A stretch of DNA of 64,000 nucleotides, taken from Pseudomonadota bacterium (lineage in GTDB: Bacteria; Pseudomonadota; Gammaproteobacteria; Steroidobacterales; Steroidobacteraceae). Shown piece after piece: positions 9,579-19,167 of this stretch (its first letter is position 1; each line of letters starts with the position of its first letter). The notes under the pieces are model-generated. The model made no database searches, was not told where the DNA came from, and saw only the letters and a program-made list of their open reading frames with translations. Location of the stretch: positions 1,348 to 65,347 of the forward strand of contig JADIZR010000007.1 in assembly GCA_016704655.1 (NCBI GenBank), in the 5' to 3' direction. Both the position numbers and the translations under genes were made by a program.

Positions 9579-10589
9579 CTAGAACCCCGCGACGCGCTCG
9601 AACACCCAGTAGCTTGCGAGTCCGCCGATCGCATACGGAGGCACGCGCCACAGCCATGCCGGGCTGCTCAGTCGCATCGAAGCCGCTGCTCGCGTGCCGG
9701 CCGCCAGCAGCAGGAGCACGATAGCGATAAAGATCAGCTGCCCGATCTCCACCCCGACGTTGAAGAACAGCAGCGCCAGCGGGATCGAGTTCTGCGGCAG
9801 GCCGGCCTCGGCCAGCGCGCTCGCGAATCCCAGCCCATGCAGCAACCCGAACGCGAACGACACGATCCAGGGATAGCGCTGGGTGAGCCCGGGCCGGCCC
9901 TGCCGACCATGCACGATCTCGGCCGCGACGAAGACGATACTGAGCGCGATGAGCGCCTCCACCGGTGGACCCGGGACGTGCAGCACGCCGAGCGAGGCCA
10001 GCGCGAGCGTGATGCTGTGTGCGACCGTGAAAGCCGTGATGGTGACGATCAGTCGGCGCGTGCCGTCGACGATCAGCAGCAGCGCGAGCACGAACAGCAG
10101 GTGATCGAAGCCGAGCAGGATGTGGCCGATACCGAGCACGGTGTAGGTCTTGACCACTTCGAGGCGCCCAGGACTCGAGGTCACCGTGAAACGCGGATCG
10201 ACCGGCAACACGCGACCCAGCTGCTCGGTACCGTCGGCGCGCTCCACTCGCACCAGCACGTCTACGCGGCTGCCCGGCAGCTGCGGGAATTCAACCGCCC
10301 GGCCGGCCATGCCACCCTCCACCCGGATGCGCCAACGCAGTACCGCGGCATTGCCCGCATAGCTGCTGGTGCGCTCCGTCAGGTCCTGGGTGCCCGGCGG
10401 AAAGACTGGCTGCAACCGCAGCGTCGTAGTCGCATCGAGTGCCGGGACCCGCCAGAGCACGTCGTACGTCGTGGCATCGAGCTGCTTCAGCTGCAGGTAG
10501 GCCGGTCGAAAATCGTCGGCCATCGCCGGCGTCACGAACGCGACGAACAGCGCGAGCACGCTTACCAGCCGCAGCAAGCGCGCGCTCAA
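9579..10589 (-). CDS. HupE/UreJ family membrane protein
   Basis: C-terminal half has HILLGFDHLLFVLALLL and several TM helices. A TTG start at 10589 overlaps the stop of the upstream PPIase gene and gives the signal peptide LSARLLRLVSVLALFVAFVTPAMA. The 408-aa ORF N-terminus is Arg-rich and implausible. Confidence 0.65.
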   Translation of the reverse strand: MSARLLRLVSVLALFVAFVTPAMADDFRPAYLQLKQLDATTYDVLWRVPALDATTTLRLQPVFPPGTQDLTERTSSYAGNAAVLRWRIRVEGGMAGRAVEFPQLPGSRVDVLVRVERADGTEQLGRVLPVDPRFTVTSSPGRLEVVKTYTVLGIGHILLGFDHLLFVLALLLIVDGTRRLIVTITAFTVAHSITLALASLGVLHVPGPPVEALIALSIVFVAAEIVHGRQGRPGLTQRYPWIVSFAFGLLHGLGFASALAEAGLPQNSIPLALLFFNVGVEIGQLIFIAIVLLLLAAGTRAAASMRLSSPAWLWRVPPYAIGGLASYWVFERVAGF

Positions 10590-11443
10590 GGTGACGGCAC
10601 CGGCGGCAGCGCTGCCTGGATCTCGACCTGGTACTGCTGGCGCAGCTTCGTGAGCGCGGTCGCGTGCGCTTGCTTGCGCCGTTCGCTTTCCCATTCGCGA
10701 GCCACGACGTCGCGCACGTCGGCGAGTGCGGGCGACCGCGCCGCCTGGATGTCGTTGACGCGGACAAGATGCACGCCGAACCCGGACACGACGGGTCCGG
10801 TCCACTCGCTCACGGGAGACTTTGCAAGCTGCCCGGCGAACTCCTCGCCGAAATCGCGGGTGACGAGATCGAGCGGCATGGCGTCCTGGCGGGACGGCAG
10901 CAGGGTGGCCTGGCCCAGCGTCGCGGGATCTGCGCCACGCGCAAGGGACGCGCGTGCCTGTTCGAGCCGGTCCTGCGTGTCTGCGTCGGAACCGAAGTAG
11001 ATCTGGTCGAAGCTCACGACCGCCGGCTGGCGGAACGCGGCAGGATTCGCATCGAGATAGGACTGCAGGTCGGCGTCGGTGGCAGGATTCTGCGCGATCG
11101 ATTCCTCGAACAGCACGTCGAGCTTCTGGCGGACGCGGCGCTTGACCACGGCATCGTCCCGGTCGAGGCCAAGCGCAACGCCTTCACGGTACAGGATCTC
11201 GTCGCGCACGTAGGAATCGACCAGCCCGTTGAGTTCGACCGGGCTCGGCGGCCGGTTCCAGGTGCCCTGGAACTGGGTGGCCAGCAGGTCGACTTCGGCC
11301 TGGGACACGACGATGCGGCGCTTGCCGTCGTCGTCCGGCGCCACACGCCCGTAGTAAGCGAACACAGCCAGGCCGAGCAGCAGGAAATGCAGCAGCGGCT
11401 CACGCAGAATTCGACGGACTTGCAATATCGCTCCCCGAGGCAC
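10586..11443 (-). CDS. PpiC-type peptidyl-prolyl cis-trans isomerase, membrane anchored
   Basis: N-terminal TM LLHFLLLGLAVFAYY. C-terminal parvulin-like segment SEWTGPVVSGFGVHLVRVNDIQAAR. Confidence 0.7.
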   Translation of the reverse strand: MPRGAILQVRRILREPLLHFLLLGLAVFAYYGRVAPDDDGKRRIVVSQAEVDLLATQFQGTWNRPPSPVELNGLVDSYVRDEILYREGVALGLDRDDAVVKRRVRQKLDVLFEESIAQNPATDADLQSYLDANPAAFRQPAVVSFDQIYFGSDADTQDRLEQARASLARGADPATLGQATLLPSRQDAMPLDLVTRDFGEEFAGQLAKSPVSEWTGPVVSGFGVHLVRVNDIQAARSPALADVRDVVAREWESERRKQAHATALTKLRQQYQVEIQAALPPVPSP

Positions 11444-11638
11444 GGACGGTTCGGAATGCAGGTCCGGGGATCAGTCCCCGAACTGGGCGGCCGCAGAGTC
11501 TACCGAAGTGCGCTGGCCGCGCCACGGCCAGTTGCCGATGGTTGCCGGCTCGTGCGGTTTGTCGGGTGCCTGGGCCGAGGTCCATGGGAAGTTTCGGCGG
11601 TAAGATTGCGCCTGATGCGAATAGGCAGGAGATTCACG

Positions 11639-12346
11639 ATGACCCGAACCCGCTGGTTCACAACTGCCCTTACGGTTTGTCTGGTCACGTTCGGCGCTGT
11701 CGCCAGCGCGGAGGATGCACGGGACAACTGGGACGGCCTCGTCCAGATCAAACCCAGGCGCATGGACCTCGTCTACGTCCTGCCGGGCGCGGACTTCCGG
11801 CCCTACACGAAAGTCATGCTGGACAGGACCGAAGTCGCCTTCCGCAAGGACTGGCAGAAAAACATGAACGACACCCGTTCAGTGTCGCGCAAGATCGACG
11901 ACGACGAAGCGGCGAAGATCATGGCTGCTGCCTCCTCCAACTTCACCGACGTCTGGACGAAGGCGCTGGAAAAAGCCGGCTACCAGGTGGTCACAACGCC
12001 TGGTCCCGACGTGCTCCGCCTGTCGACCGCGATCGTCAACCTCTACATCAACGCGCCCGACACGATGGAAGCGGGCCGGGTGCAGACGTACGCCGCCGAG
12101 GCCGGCGAAGCGACGCTGAACCTCGAAGTGCGCGATTCGCGGACGAACGCCTTGCTCGGGCGCGTGGTCGATCGCCGGGAAACGCGCTCGCAGGTTGCCC
12201 TGCAGCCGGCGAGCCGCGTCACCAACCAGGCGGACTTCCGCTCGCTGTTCTCGCAGTGGGCCTCGATCGCCGGCAAGGGTCTCGACGAACTCAAGGCGCT
12301 CTCACCCGTGCCGGACACGCTGACCCCCGGGCAGAAGCTCAAGTGA
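11639..12346 (+). CDS. DUF3313-like secreted protein
   Basis: ATG at 11639 preceded by AGGCAGGAG. Signal peptide MTRTRWFTTALTVCLVTFGAVASA. Only the C-terminal 235 aa of ORF 10664..12346 look protein-like. Confidence 0.55.
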   Translation: MTRTRWFTTALTVCLVTFGAVASAEDARDNWDGLVQIKPRRMDLVYVLPGADFRPYTKVMLDRTEVAFRKDWQKNMNDTRSVSRKIDDDEAAKIMAAASSNFTDVWTKALEKAGYQVVTTPGPDVLRLSTAIVNLYINAPDTMEAGRVQTYAAEAGEATLNLEVRDSRTNALLGRVVDRRETRSQVALQPASRVTNQADFRSLFSQWASIAGKGLDELKALSPVPDTLTPGQKLK

Positions 12347-12383
12347 ACTCGCGACCTTACGGCACTCCCGGGTCAATCACCGC

Positions 12384-12789
12384 GTGACGGCTTTCGAGTT
12401 CCTGCTGGCCCAGTACGCGATTGTCGCGGGCCTCGGCGTGTCGCTGCTCGTGACCAGCGTGGGTCAGTTGATCTAGGCGCGCGACCGCGTGCGTCTCTAC
12501 TGGGTGCACGGTTGCTGGATCGCGCTGACATTCGTCGGCCACGTCGTCAGCTGGTTCACGATCTGGCGCTTTCATGAGCACGCGCCGTGGCCTGTGCTGC
12601 AGGCATTGCTGCTGCTCTCAGTGCCGATACTGCTGTACCTGATCAGTCACCTGGCCGTACCGGATCTCGAGGACGATCGCAGCCACGACATGCGCGACTA
12701 CTACTTCCGCCATGCGCGCAGCGCAGGCGGTGCTGCTGTGCGCCGCGATTGCAGTCGCTGCGACTTACCTGTCGCAACCCATCGGCTGA
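12384..12789 (+). pseudogene. small membrane protein gene with an in-frame TAG and a probable frameshift
   Basis: The GTG 12384 frame reads VTAFEFLLAQYAIVAGLGVSLLVTSVGQLI, then TAG at 12474-12476, then ARDRVRLYWVHGCWIALTFVGHVVSWFTIWRF...DMRDYYFRHA. After ~12715 the hydrophobic continuation RAAQAVLLCAAIAVAATYLSQPIG* lies in the +1 frame. Confidence 0.3.
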
Positions 12790-12801
12790 ACCGGCCGCCG
12801 C

Positions 12802-13779
12802 TCAGACGGGCTTCGCGCCCGAACCTCGCCCGCCCCGAAGCTCGTACTCCTGCGTGCCGCGGTGATAAATGTGATCCGTGTCGAGCGCGGCCGTCTTCGC
12901 GTACTGGAACGCAGGCGCGAGCGACTCATAGATCGGCTCGAACCCGCGCTGCTCCGTCAGGTGGAACAGCTCGCGGAACGACTCGATCACGAAGTAGGTC
13001 GCCTGCAGGTCCGAGATCGTGTAGTCGGTGCGCATGACGCGATCGACGTTGAGGTGGATCCGATTCGGTGACCGCCCTTCGATCGAGAACACCGTTTCCG
13101 TCGGGCCCGAGAGAATTCCAGCGCCGTAGATCCGCAGCTGCTCGTCCTCGAGGATCAGGCCGAACTCCACCGTGTACCAGTAGAGCGCGCTCAGTGCCTT
13201 GAGACGGTTGTACTTGAGCGCCTTCCAGCCGGCGCGGCCATACGCCTGCATGTAGCTCGCGAAAATCGGGTCGGTCAGCAGCGGCACGTGCCCGAACACG
13301 TCGTGGAAGACATCGGGCTCCTGAATGTAATCGAACTGCGCGCGCGAGCGGATGAAGTTGCCGGCCGGGAAGCGTCGGTTAGCGAGGTGGTAATAGAACA
13401 CGTGGTCGGGGATCAGCATCGGCACCGGCACGACGGACCAGCCGGTGAGACTGCGCAGTTCCTCGCTCATCTCGCTGAAGTCCGGCACGCCGCCGCGGCC
13501 GAGATTGAGGCGTTCGAGTCCGCGCATGAATTCGCGGCAGGCGTGACCTGGCATGAGCCCGATCTGACGCTGGTAGAGTTCGTCCCAGATCCGGTGCTCT
13601 TCCAGGCCGTACTTGCGCTGCGCGGGCTCGAGCCAGTCGTCGCCCAGTCCGGAAGGTTTCTTGAGCGGCGCGACGAAGACGGACGCCGGCATGTCGGGGA
13701 TGCACGAATAGTCGAACGACGCGGGCACGGTGGGCTTCTCCATGGCCCCATGGTCGCGCATGGGATGCGATATTTCCAT
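12802..13779 (-). CDS. phhA: phenylalanine 4-hydroxylase
   Basis: Aromatic amino acid hydroxylase core FIRSRAQFDYIQEPDVFHDVFGHVPLLTDPIFA...YWYTVEFGLI. Confidence 0.85.
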   Translation of the reverse strand: MEISHPMRDHGAMEKPTVPASFDYSCIPDMPASVFVAPLKKPSGLGDDWLEPAQRKYGLEEHRIWDELYQRQIGLMPGHACREFMRGLERLNLGRGGVPDFSEMSEELRSLTGWSVVPVPMLIPDHVFYYHLANRRFPAGNFIRSRAQFDYIQEPDVFHDVFGHVPLLTDPIFASYMQAYGRAGWKALKYNRLKALSALYWYTVEFGLILEDEQLRIYGAGILSGPTETVFSIEGRSPNRIHLNVDRVMRTDYTISDLQATYFVIESFRELFHLTEQRGFEPIYESLAPAFQYAKTAALDTDHIYHRGTQEYELRGGRGSGAKPV

Positions 13780-13812
13780 CGGACAGCTCCGTCGATACGC
13801 CGGAGCGCCGTT

Positions 13813-15363
13813 CTAGAGCTGGGAATCCAACCGCAGCACCTTCGCCAGCCAGGCCTGGAATTTCTGTCCGCCTGAGGCTTCGGGCGAATCGTCGTATGTG
13901 TGTTTACCGTCGCTCCAGCGCAGCTTGCCATGCTCGAGCGTGACGGCCCACGCGCGCTCACCCGACGATTCCTGGTCGAAAATCGCCTCGAGCTGAGTCG
14001 CAACCGTCGGTTCTTCGATGAACACGCCCTGCTCGCAGTTGAGCGACGTGGAGCGCGGATCGAGGTTGTAGCTGCCCACGAAGAGTCTCGAGGAATCTGC
14101 CGCCAGGGCTTTCGTGTGCAGGCTCGCGCCGGACGAGCCGAACATGCTCCGCTGTGCCTGCACGCCAGGCAGGGGCTTCAGCTCCCAGATCTGCACTCCG
14201 CCCTTGAGCAATGCCGGTCGCGATTTCGAGTACCCGCCGTACACCATCGCCACGTCGTTGGCTGCGAGCGAATTGGTGAGCACTCGCACCTCCGTGCCTG
14301 CGCCGACCTGGCTCACGAAAAAGATGCTGCCCTGTTTTCCGGGTACGAAGTACGGCGAGATGATGGAGATGCGCTGCTTCGCGTCCTCGAGCATGGGCCC
14401 GATCATGGCCAGGACCTGTGACTCCACCGGCCCGCCGCCAGCGTCGAACGCTTTGGCAGGATCGTCGGCAACGAAAAGATAGCTCGACGTCCAGTGCATC
14501 GGCCAGTCGCCCGCCACCAGGCGCTGAATCGCGTCGCTGTTGCGCAGTTCGACCGCAAAGGGATGATCGTGCGCAACGGCCGCGCGTGACGCAGCAGACT
14601 TTCGCAGCGCATCGAGGGCTGCGGTCGTGACGTCGTCGGGCGCCAGCAGCGCCATGGGATAGGAGGCCTGGGAATTCCAGTAACGATCGAACGACGCGGA
14701 GGCGTCGCGCACGACCGGTCCCACCATCGCGAAGTCGAGGTCGACGAAGTTGACCCCCTTGCTCGCACCAAAGTATTCGTTGCCCAGGTTGCGGCCGCCG
14801 ACGATGGCGATGCGGTTGTCGGCGATCCACGACTTGTTGTGCATGCGCCGGTTGATGCGACTGAAGCTGCCCAGGGCTTCGAAGGCGAACTGCAGGGCTC
14901 CGGTGCGCGACCCGAACGGGTTGAACATGCGCACTTCGATGTTCGGGTGCGCGGCGAGCGCCGCGAACTTGTAGTTCTTGCCGCGAGCGTCCATGTCATC
15001 GACCAGCAAGCGCACCTTTACGCCGCGATCGGCAGCCTCGATCGCGCGATAGGCGAGGAAAGCACCCGTTGCGTCGTCTTTCCAGATGTAGGTCTGCACG
15101 TCGAGGCTGCGGCCGGCCACCAGCGCCGTATGCGCGCGAATCGCAAACGCCTCGGGCCCCTCGCGAACGAGCCGAAAGCCGGACCGGCCAGGATGCGCGG
15201 CCTCGGCCTGACCAATGAGGTCGTCGAGGACGGTGCCCTGTGCGAGTGCCACGGCATTCTGGGCCGGCAGCTCGGATCGCGGCGCGAGCGACGAGCAGCC
15301 CGCCAGCAGCAGAACGAGCAGACCGGACAGCAGACGGGCGTGGAAGGGCGTGGGCATTCGCAA
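13813..15363 (-). CDS. phospholipase D / cardiolipin synthase-family lipoprotein
   Basis: Lipobox LLLAGCSS. Two HKD motifs: RMHNKSWIADNRIAIVGGRNLGNEYF and SLHTKALAADSSRLFVGSYNLDPRS. Confidence 0.85.
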   Translation of the reverse strand: MRMPTPFHARLLSGLLVLLLAGCSSLAPRSELPAQNAVALAQGTVLDDLIGQAEAAHPGRSGFRLVREGPEAFAIRAHTALVAGRSLDVQTYIWKDDATGAFLAYRAIEAADRGVKVRLLVDDMDARGKNYKFAALAAHPNIEVRMFNPFGSRTGALQFAFEALGSFSRINRRMHNKSWIADNRIAIVGGRNLGNEYFGASKGVNFVDLDFAMVGPVVRDASASFDRYWNSQASYPMALLAPDDVTTAALDALRKSAASRAAVAHDHPFAVELRNSDAIQRLVAGDWPMHWTSSYLFVADDPAKAFDAGGGPVESQVLAMIGPMLEDAKQRISIISPYFVPGKQGSIFFVSQVGAGTEVRVLTNSLAANDVAMVYGGYSKSRPALLKGGVQIWELKPLPGVQAQRSMFGSSGASLHTKALAADSSRLFVGSYNLDPRSTSLNCEQGVFIEEPTVATQLEAIFDQESSGERAWAVTLEHGKLRWSDGKHTYDDSPEASGGQKFQAWLAKVLRLDSQL

Positions 15364-15568
15364 ATTCTTGGCAGCGGCTGGACGTCAGCGAAGATACACG
15401 GCTTCGAGTACCGTGAGCGACAGGCCCGTTGCATCGAATGCAATTGACGTCCCGCTCACCTGATACGAGCCGGCACATCGTCCGCAACCGGCAGTGGTCA
15501 CGCCGAGGCATGCCCAACGGGCAATGGCTCGCGCCGAGTACCTTCCTGCCATGGATCCTCCTCGTGAT

Positions 15569-15790
15569 CTATTTCGCTGGCGCGTAGACCGTCATCAATT
15601 CGAGTATCTGGAAGTCGCCGTCTGAATTGCCGAAGGCCATGATCGGCCGCTTGCCGATGAACTTGTGGATCCCGACCGGCTTGCCTTCGCGGACCGCGTA
15701 CTACGTCCTGATGCTCGAACCGATGACGCGCGCGGGTGGCCAAAGGATATCTGCACCTGCAACTCCTTGATTGTCTTGAGGCGCAGCTGG
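15569..15790 (-). pseudogene. remnant of a HAD-family hydrolase gene
   Basis: Minus-strand frame reads ...DILWPPARVIGSSIRT(TAG)YAVREGKPVGIHKFIGKRPIMAFGNSDGDFQILELMTVYAPAK*. This includes HAD motif IV (GNSDGD) but has an in-frame stop, no N-terminal domain and a premature end. Confidence 0.4.
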
Positions 15791-15989
15791 TGCCGGTGAG
15801 CGGCAGCTAGCCACAGCTTGCCGGGCGATTCAAATCAAACCTCCGCCTGACATCGATGCGCCGTGCGTATCGACCCAGGAGCCGGCAAGTCCCGAATTGC
15901 ACGAACGAGTCCGCTCGTTCATCGTTGCCTTACCCGGACTCACCGGCGGCTGACCGCAGCACCGAAACTCACTGCAGGGACATACCTGG

Positions 15990-17000
15990 ATGATGACGAC
16001 TGGCACACCGTTGCTGTGGACCCTGTTCGTGGCCTTCGTACTGGTCGCGCTGGTCGTGGACTTCTTCGCGATGGAGAAGCAGGGCGCCCACAAGGTCACG
16101 ATGAAGGAAGCAGCCGTCTGGTCGCTGATCTGGGTCGCGGTCTCGTTCGTCTTCGTTGCCGGGCTCTGGTGGTACCTCGGCGGACCCGACGGCAATCCAG
16201 TCGCCGACGCCAAGGCGCTCGAGTTCGTGACCGGCTACCTGGTCGAAAAGGCGCTTGCGGTCGACAACATCTTCGTGTTCCTGCTCGTGTTCACGTACTT
16301 TGCCGTACCGGCCGCCTACCAGAAGCGCGTGCTGATGTTCGGCATCATGGGCGCGCTCGTGCTGCGTGCCATCATGATCCTGATCGGCGCCTGGCTGATC
16401 GCGCAGTTCCATTGGATTCTCTACCTCTTCGGCGCCTTCCTCGTCTTCACCGGCATTAAGATGTGGGTCGCCACGGGGCACGAGCCCGACCTCGAGGCGA
16501 ATCCGGCGCTCAAATGGATTCGCCGGCACATGCAGATCTCGCCAACCTACGACGGCGAGAAATTCTTCACCATACAGAACGGCGTAAAGCTGGCCACGCC
16601 GCTGTTCGTGGTCATCCTGCTGATCGCCATCGTGGACATCGTCTTCGCCGTCGACTCGATCCCGGCCATTTTTGCCATCACGATGGACCCGTTCATCGTG
16701 CTGACGTCGAACGTCTTCGCGATCCTCGGCCTGCGCGCGATGTATTTCATGCTGGCGGAGATGCATGAGCGCTTCCACCTGCTCTCGTACGGCCTGGCGA
16801 TCGTGCTCGTCTTCATCGGCACGAAGATGCTGCTGCTGGACATCTACAAGATCCCGGTGTCCTGGTCGCTCGGATTCACCGTCGTCGTGCTGGTGCTGAC
16901 GATGTTCCTGTCGCTGAAAATCCCGCCGAAAAAGGTCGGAGCGCAAAGCGCCTACCCCTTCGCGGCGAAGCGGGACGAGGAGCAGGAGCCGCGCGACTAG
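15990..17000 (+). CDS. TerC/Alx family integral membrane protein
   Basis: EFVTGYLVEKALAVDNIFVFLLVF and a second DSIPAIFAIT repeat; multi-TM. Confidence 0.85.
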   Translation: MMTTGTPLLWTLFVAFVLVALVVDFFAMEKQGAHKVTMKEAAVWSLIWVAVSFVFVAGLWWYLGGPDGNPVADAKALEFVTGYLVEKALAVDNIFVFLLVFTYFAVPAAYQKRVLMFGIMGALVLRAIMILIGAWLIAQFHWILYLFGAFLVFTGIKMWVATGHEPDLEANPALKWIRRHMQISPTYDGEKFFTIQNGVKLATPLFVVILLIAIVDIVFAVDSIPAIFAITMDPFIVLTSNVFAILGLRAMYFMLAEMHERFHLLSYGLAIVLVFIGTKMLLLDIYKIPVSWSLGFTVVVLVLTMFLSLKIPPKKVGAQSAYPFAAKRDEEQEPRD

Positions 17001-17028
17001 TCGCTACGCACGGGGCGCCAGGCCGCGG

Positions 17029-18954
17029 CTAGGGCGTATACCAGATGGGTGAACTCCAGGCGCGTTCCTGGGTGGTCGTCGGCACCTTCGGATCCATCTT
17101 CACCTTGAAGTACGCCGCATCGTATGCCGTCCAGCGCGGCGTTGGAATCTCCAGCACTCGCGCATAGTAGAAGGCGCGCGCTGCGGGATCGAACTCCGGA
17201 TCTTTCCACACGGCGATCAACTCGGGCGTGCCGATCGTGTTGGTCCAGGAAGCCGTGGCGACGTCAACGGTGCTGCCGACCGGGGTCAGCCTGCCCTGCG
17301 CATCGACCTTGCGCTGCTCGGGGTTGCTCCACGCAACGTCAAAGATCTTTTCGTGCGTCTTGCCGGCCTTGTCTACCCAGCCCTTGATGACCTGCACGCG
17401 ATCGAGGTTGCCGCCGTAAGGATCGCGGGCCGCGGCGACGAGGAACGTCGGCGCCTTGCCAGCGGCGGCCTTTTGCAGGTCGCCACCCATCGGCACGCCT
17501 TTCCTGTATCCAGCAATGGCAGGGGCGCGCGTGGTGGTGTCGGCCGCGACGAAATCGTAGCCGCCGAAAAAGCGTAACCACATGCGCGAACCTGTGGTCG
17601 CGTATGTCTCCTTGCGCTTCATTGCGTCCCAGATCGCTTCGCGCGTGTTCTCGGTGGCCCAGACCGCCGTGTAACCGGCGGCGGTCAGCTCCCACCCCTT
17701 GACGACCCGGTCGCCGAACTTCATCGCGTTCTCGTCGGCGCGCTCGGCACTGGGCTCGCTGGAGGCGAACTTGCCGTAGAAGTTGTCCTCTTCCGCGGCG
17801 ACCAGCGCGTTGTGCGTGTCCGTCCCCGCGGCCATGCCGTACTTGAACGCGTTGGCGCCGAGTTGCTGGTCGAGCAGCAGCCCGTTCTTCAGGGCCTCGC
17901 GCAGGTATTCATGCGCGATCATGCCGGGCTTTTTCGGCACGAGGGTCAGGTTGCCGCGATCCCAGAGTTCGTAGCCTGCGGTGAATTCGTCGGTCGGCGA
18001 CAGGCTGGGGTGCGCCTCGCTCTGGCCCTTGTATTGGATAGCCTCGAACAACGGCTCCCACTTCGCGCGCTGCTCGGCCCACTCCCTGGTGATCGGGCCG
18101 CCCTTGAAGGTCTGCAGCTCGAACATGCGGCCGTTCGACAGGTTGCCGTTGTGCGGAATCGCGAGCAGCCGGCCACCCGTCTGCTTCTCCCAGTTCGCCA
18201 TCCAGGCCCAGAGATCTTCCGGATTCTCGGAAACGAACGTCGTCATCGGCAGGACCTGATCCGCCTTCGCCTTGCCGTCGCGGTAGATGACGTTGCGATG
18301 CAGGTTATCGCCGCCCCCGGCGTTCGACGTCCATTCGTAACCGATCAGCGCCGTGAAGCGGCCCGGCTCGTTGTACTTCTCCGCGAAGTCGTTGTTGCGC
18401 TCCCACGTCGTCTTCGCAAACCGCGGGTCCATGATGAGTTGCGGCAGCTTCTTCTGCGTCTGGGCGGCGATGAGTTCCAGCATCGCGGCCTGCGCATCCG
18501 CCCCGCCCTTCGCCATCAGATCGTGCCAGCGCTTGAGCGTCGGGTCCGTCATCATTTCCGCGTTACCGTCGCGGATCATCGCGATCGTGCCCATGCCGTC
18601 GGAATGGTCGGTGACCGCGATCCAGTCGAGCGGACGCGACAGGCGCACCGGTTGGCCGCTGGTGGAAACGACTTCCTCGCCACGCGCGAAACGCAGCGCT
18701 TCCTCGGGGCCGAGCGTGGTTCCGCCCATTCCGGCATCGCCCGACCAGCTCGTGTGCACGTGCTGGTCGCCGAACAGCGGACGCTCGGGGTAACGCCGTC
18801 CGGCGTAAGGCGAATATCCGGCGACCTTGTGAAACGTCGCGGGGTCGGCCGCCGGTGGGTAGGCATCCGAACCCACGACAACCTTCTCCTGAGCACCAGC
18901 CGGGATCGCGAGCCCAATGGCTGCAGCAAGGACGACGAGCCGGCTTATTTTCAC
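17029..18954 (-). CDS. DUF3604 domain protein (PHP-like metal-dependent hydrolase fold), secreted
   Basis: GTG start at 18954 preceded by AAGGGGA. Signal VKISRLVVLAAAIGLAIPAGAQE. N-terminal FGDQHVHTSWSGDAG motif. Confidence 0.7.
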   Translation of the reverse strand: MKISRLVVLAAAIGLAIPAGAQEKVVVGSDAYPPAADPATFHKVAGYSPYAGRRYPERPLFGDQHVHTSWSGDAGMGGTTLGPEEALRFARGEEVVSTSGQPVRLSRPLDWIAVTDHSDGMGTIAMIRDGNAEMMTDPTLKRWHDLMAKGGADAQAAMLELIAAQTQKKLPQLIMDPRFAKTTWERNNDFAEKYNEPGRFTALIGYEWTSNAGGGDNLHRNVIYRDGKAKADQVLPMTTFVSENPEDLWAWMANWEKQTGGRLLAIPHNGNLSNGRMFELQTFKGGPITREWAEQRAKWEPLFEAIQYKGQSEAHPSLSPTDEFTAGYELWDRGNLTLVPKKPGMIAHEYLREALKNGLLLDQQLGANAFKYGMAAGTDTHNALVAAEEDNFYGKFASSEPSAERADENAMKFGDRVVKGWELTAAGYTAVWATENTREAIWDAMKRKETYATTGSRMWLRFFGGYDFVAADTTTRAPAIAGYRKGVPMGGDLQKAAAGKAPTFLVAAARDPYGGNLDRVQVIKGWVDKAGKTHEKIFDVAWSNPEQRKVDAQGRLTPVGSTVDVATASWTNTIGTPELIAVWKDPEFDPAARAFYYARVLEIPTPRWTAYDAAYFKVKMDPKVPTTTQERAWSSPIWYTP

Positions 18955-19167
18955 GCTGTTCCCCTTCACATTTCTGATTGATGTCCAGGGTCCGGACGGG
19001 ACCGCGGCAATCCCAATAGTTTCAGCCAGAACCTCAGTATGCAAGCTCGTACGGTCGAGTCACCCGCGTGGCGTGGCCCCGGACGCAACGATTGACGGAC
19101 GGCCGCCTTCTCTTGAAACTGCTGCGCGGGGGCCGGGACGACTCAGACCAACTTTTGGGAGCATTCA

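Noticed and set aside
9579-10805. The full 408-aa version of the HupE/UreJ ORF, and the 560-aa version of ORF 10664..12346
   Set aside because: The N-terminal extensions are Arg-rich, overlap neighbouring well-supported genes, and lack protein-like composition. Shorter starts (TTG 10589, ATG 11639) give proper signal peptides.
15385-15552. 55-aa minus-strand ORF (MAGRYSARAIARWACLGVTTAGCGRCAGSYQVSGTSIAFDATGLS...) with faint META/HslJ-like flavour
   Set aside because: It is too short, has no clear RBS, and the similarity is only impressionistic. It may be another gene fragment, but I cannot support it.
15830-15989. Possible yybP-ykoY (Mn2+) riboswitch or other leader RNA upstream of the TerC-family gene
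   Set aside because: Only fragments resemble the consensus: GGAGCC instead of GGGGAGUAG, and a GACAUAC at 15979-15985 right next to the start codon. There is also a local 7-bp hairpin at 15903-15920. This cannot be supported without a covariance-model search (Rfam RF00080).
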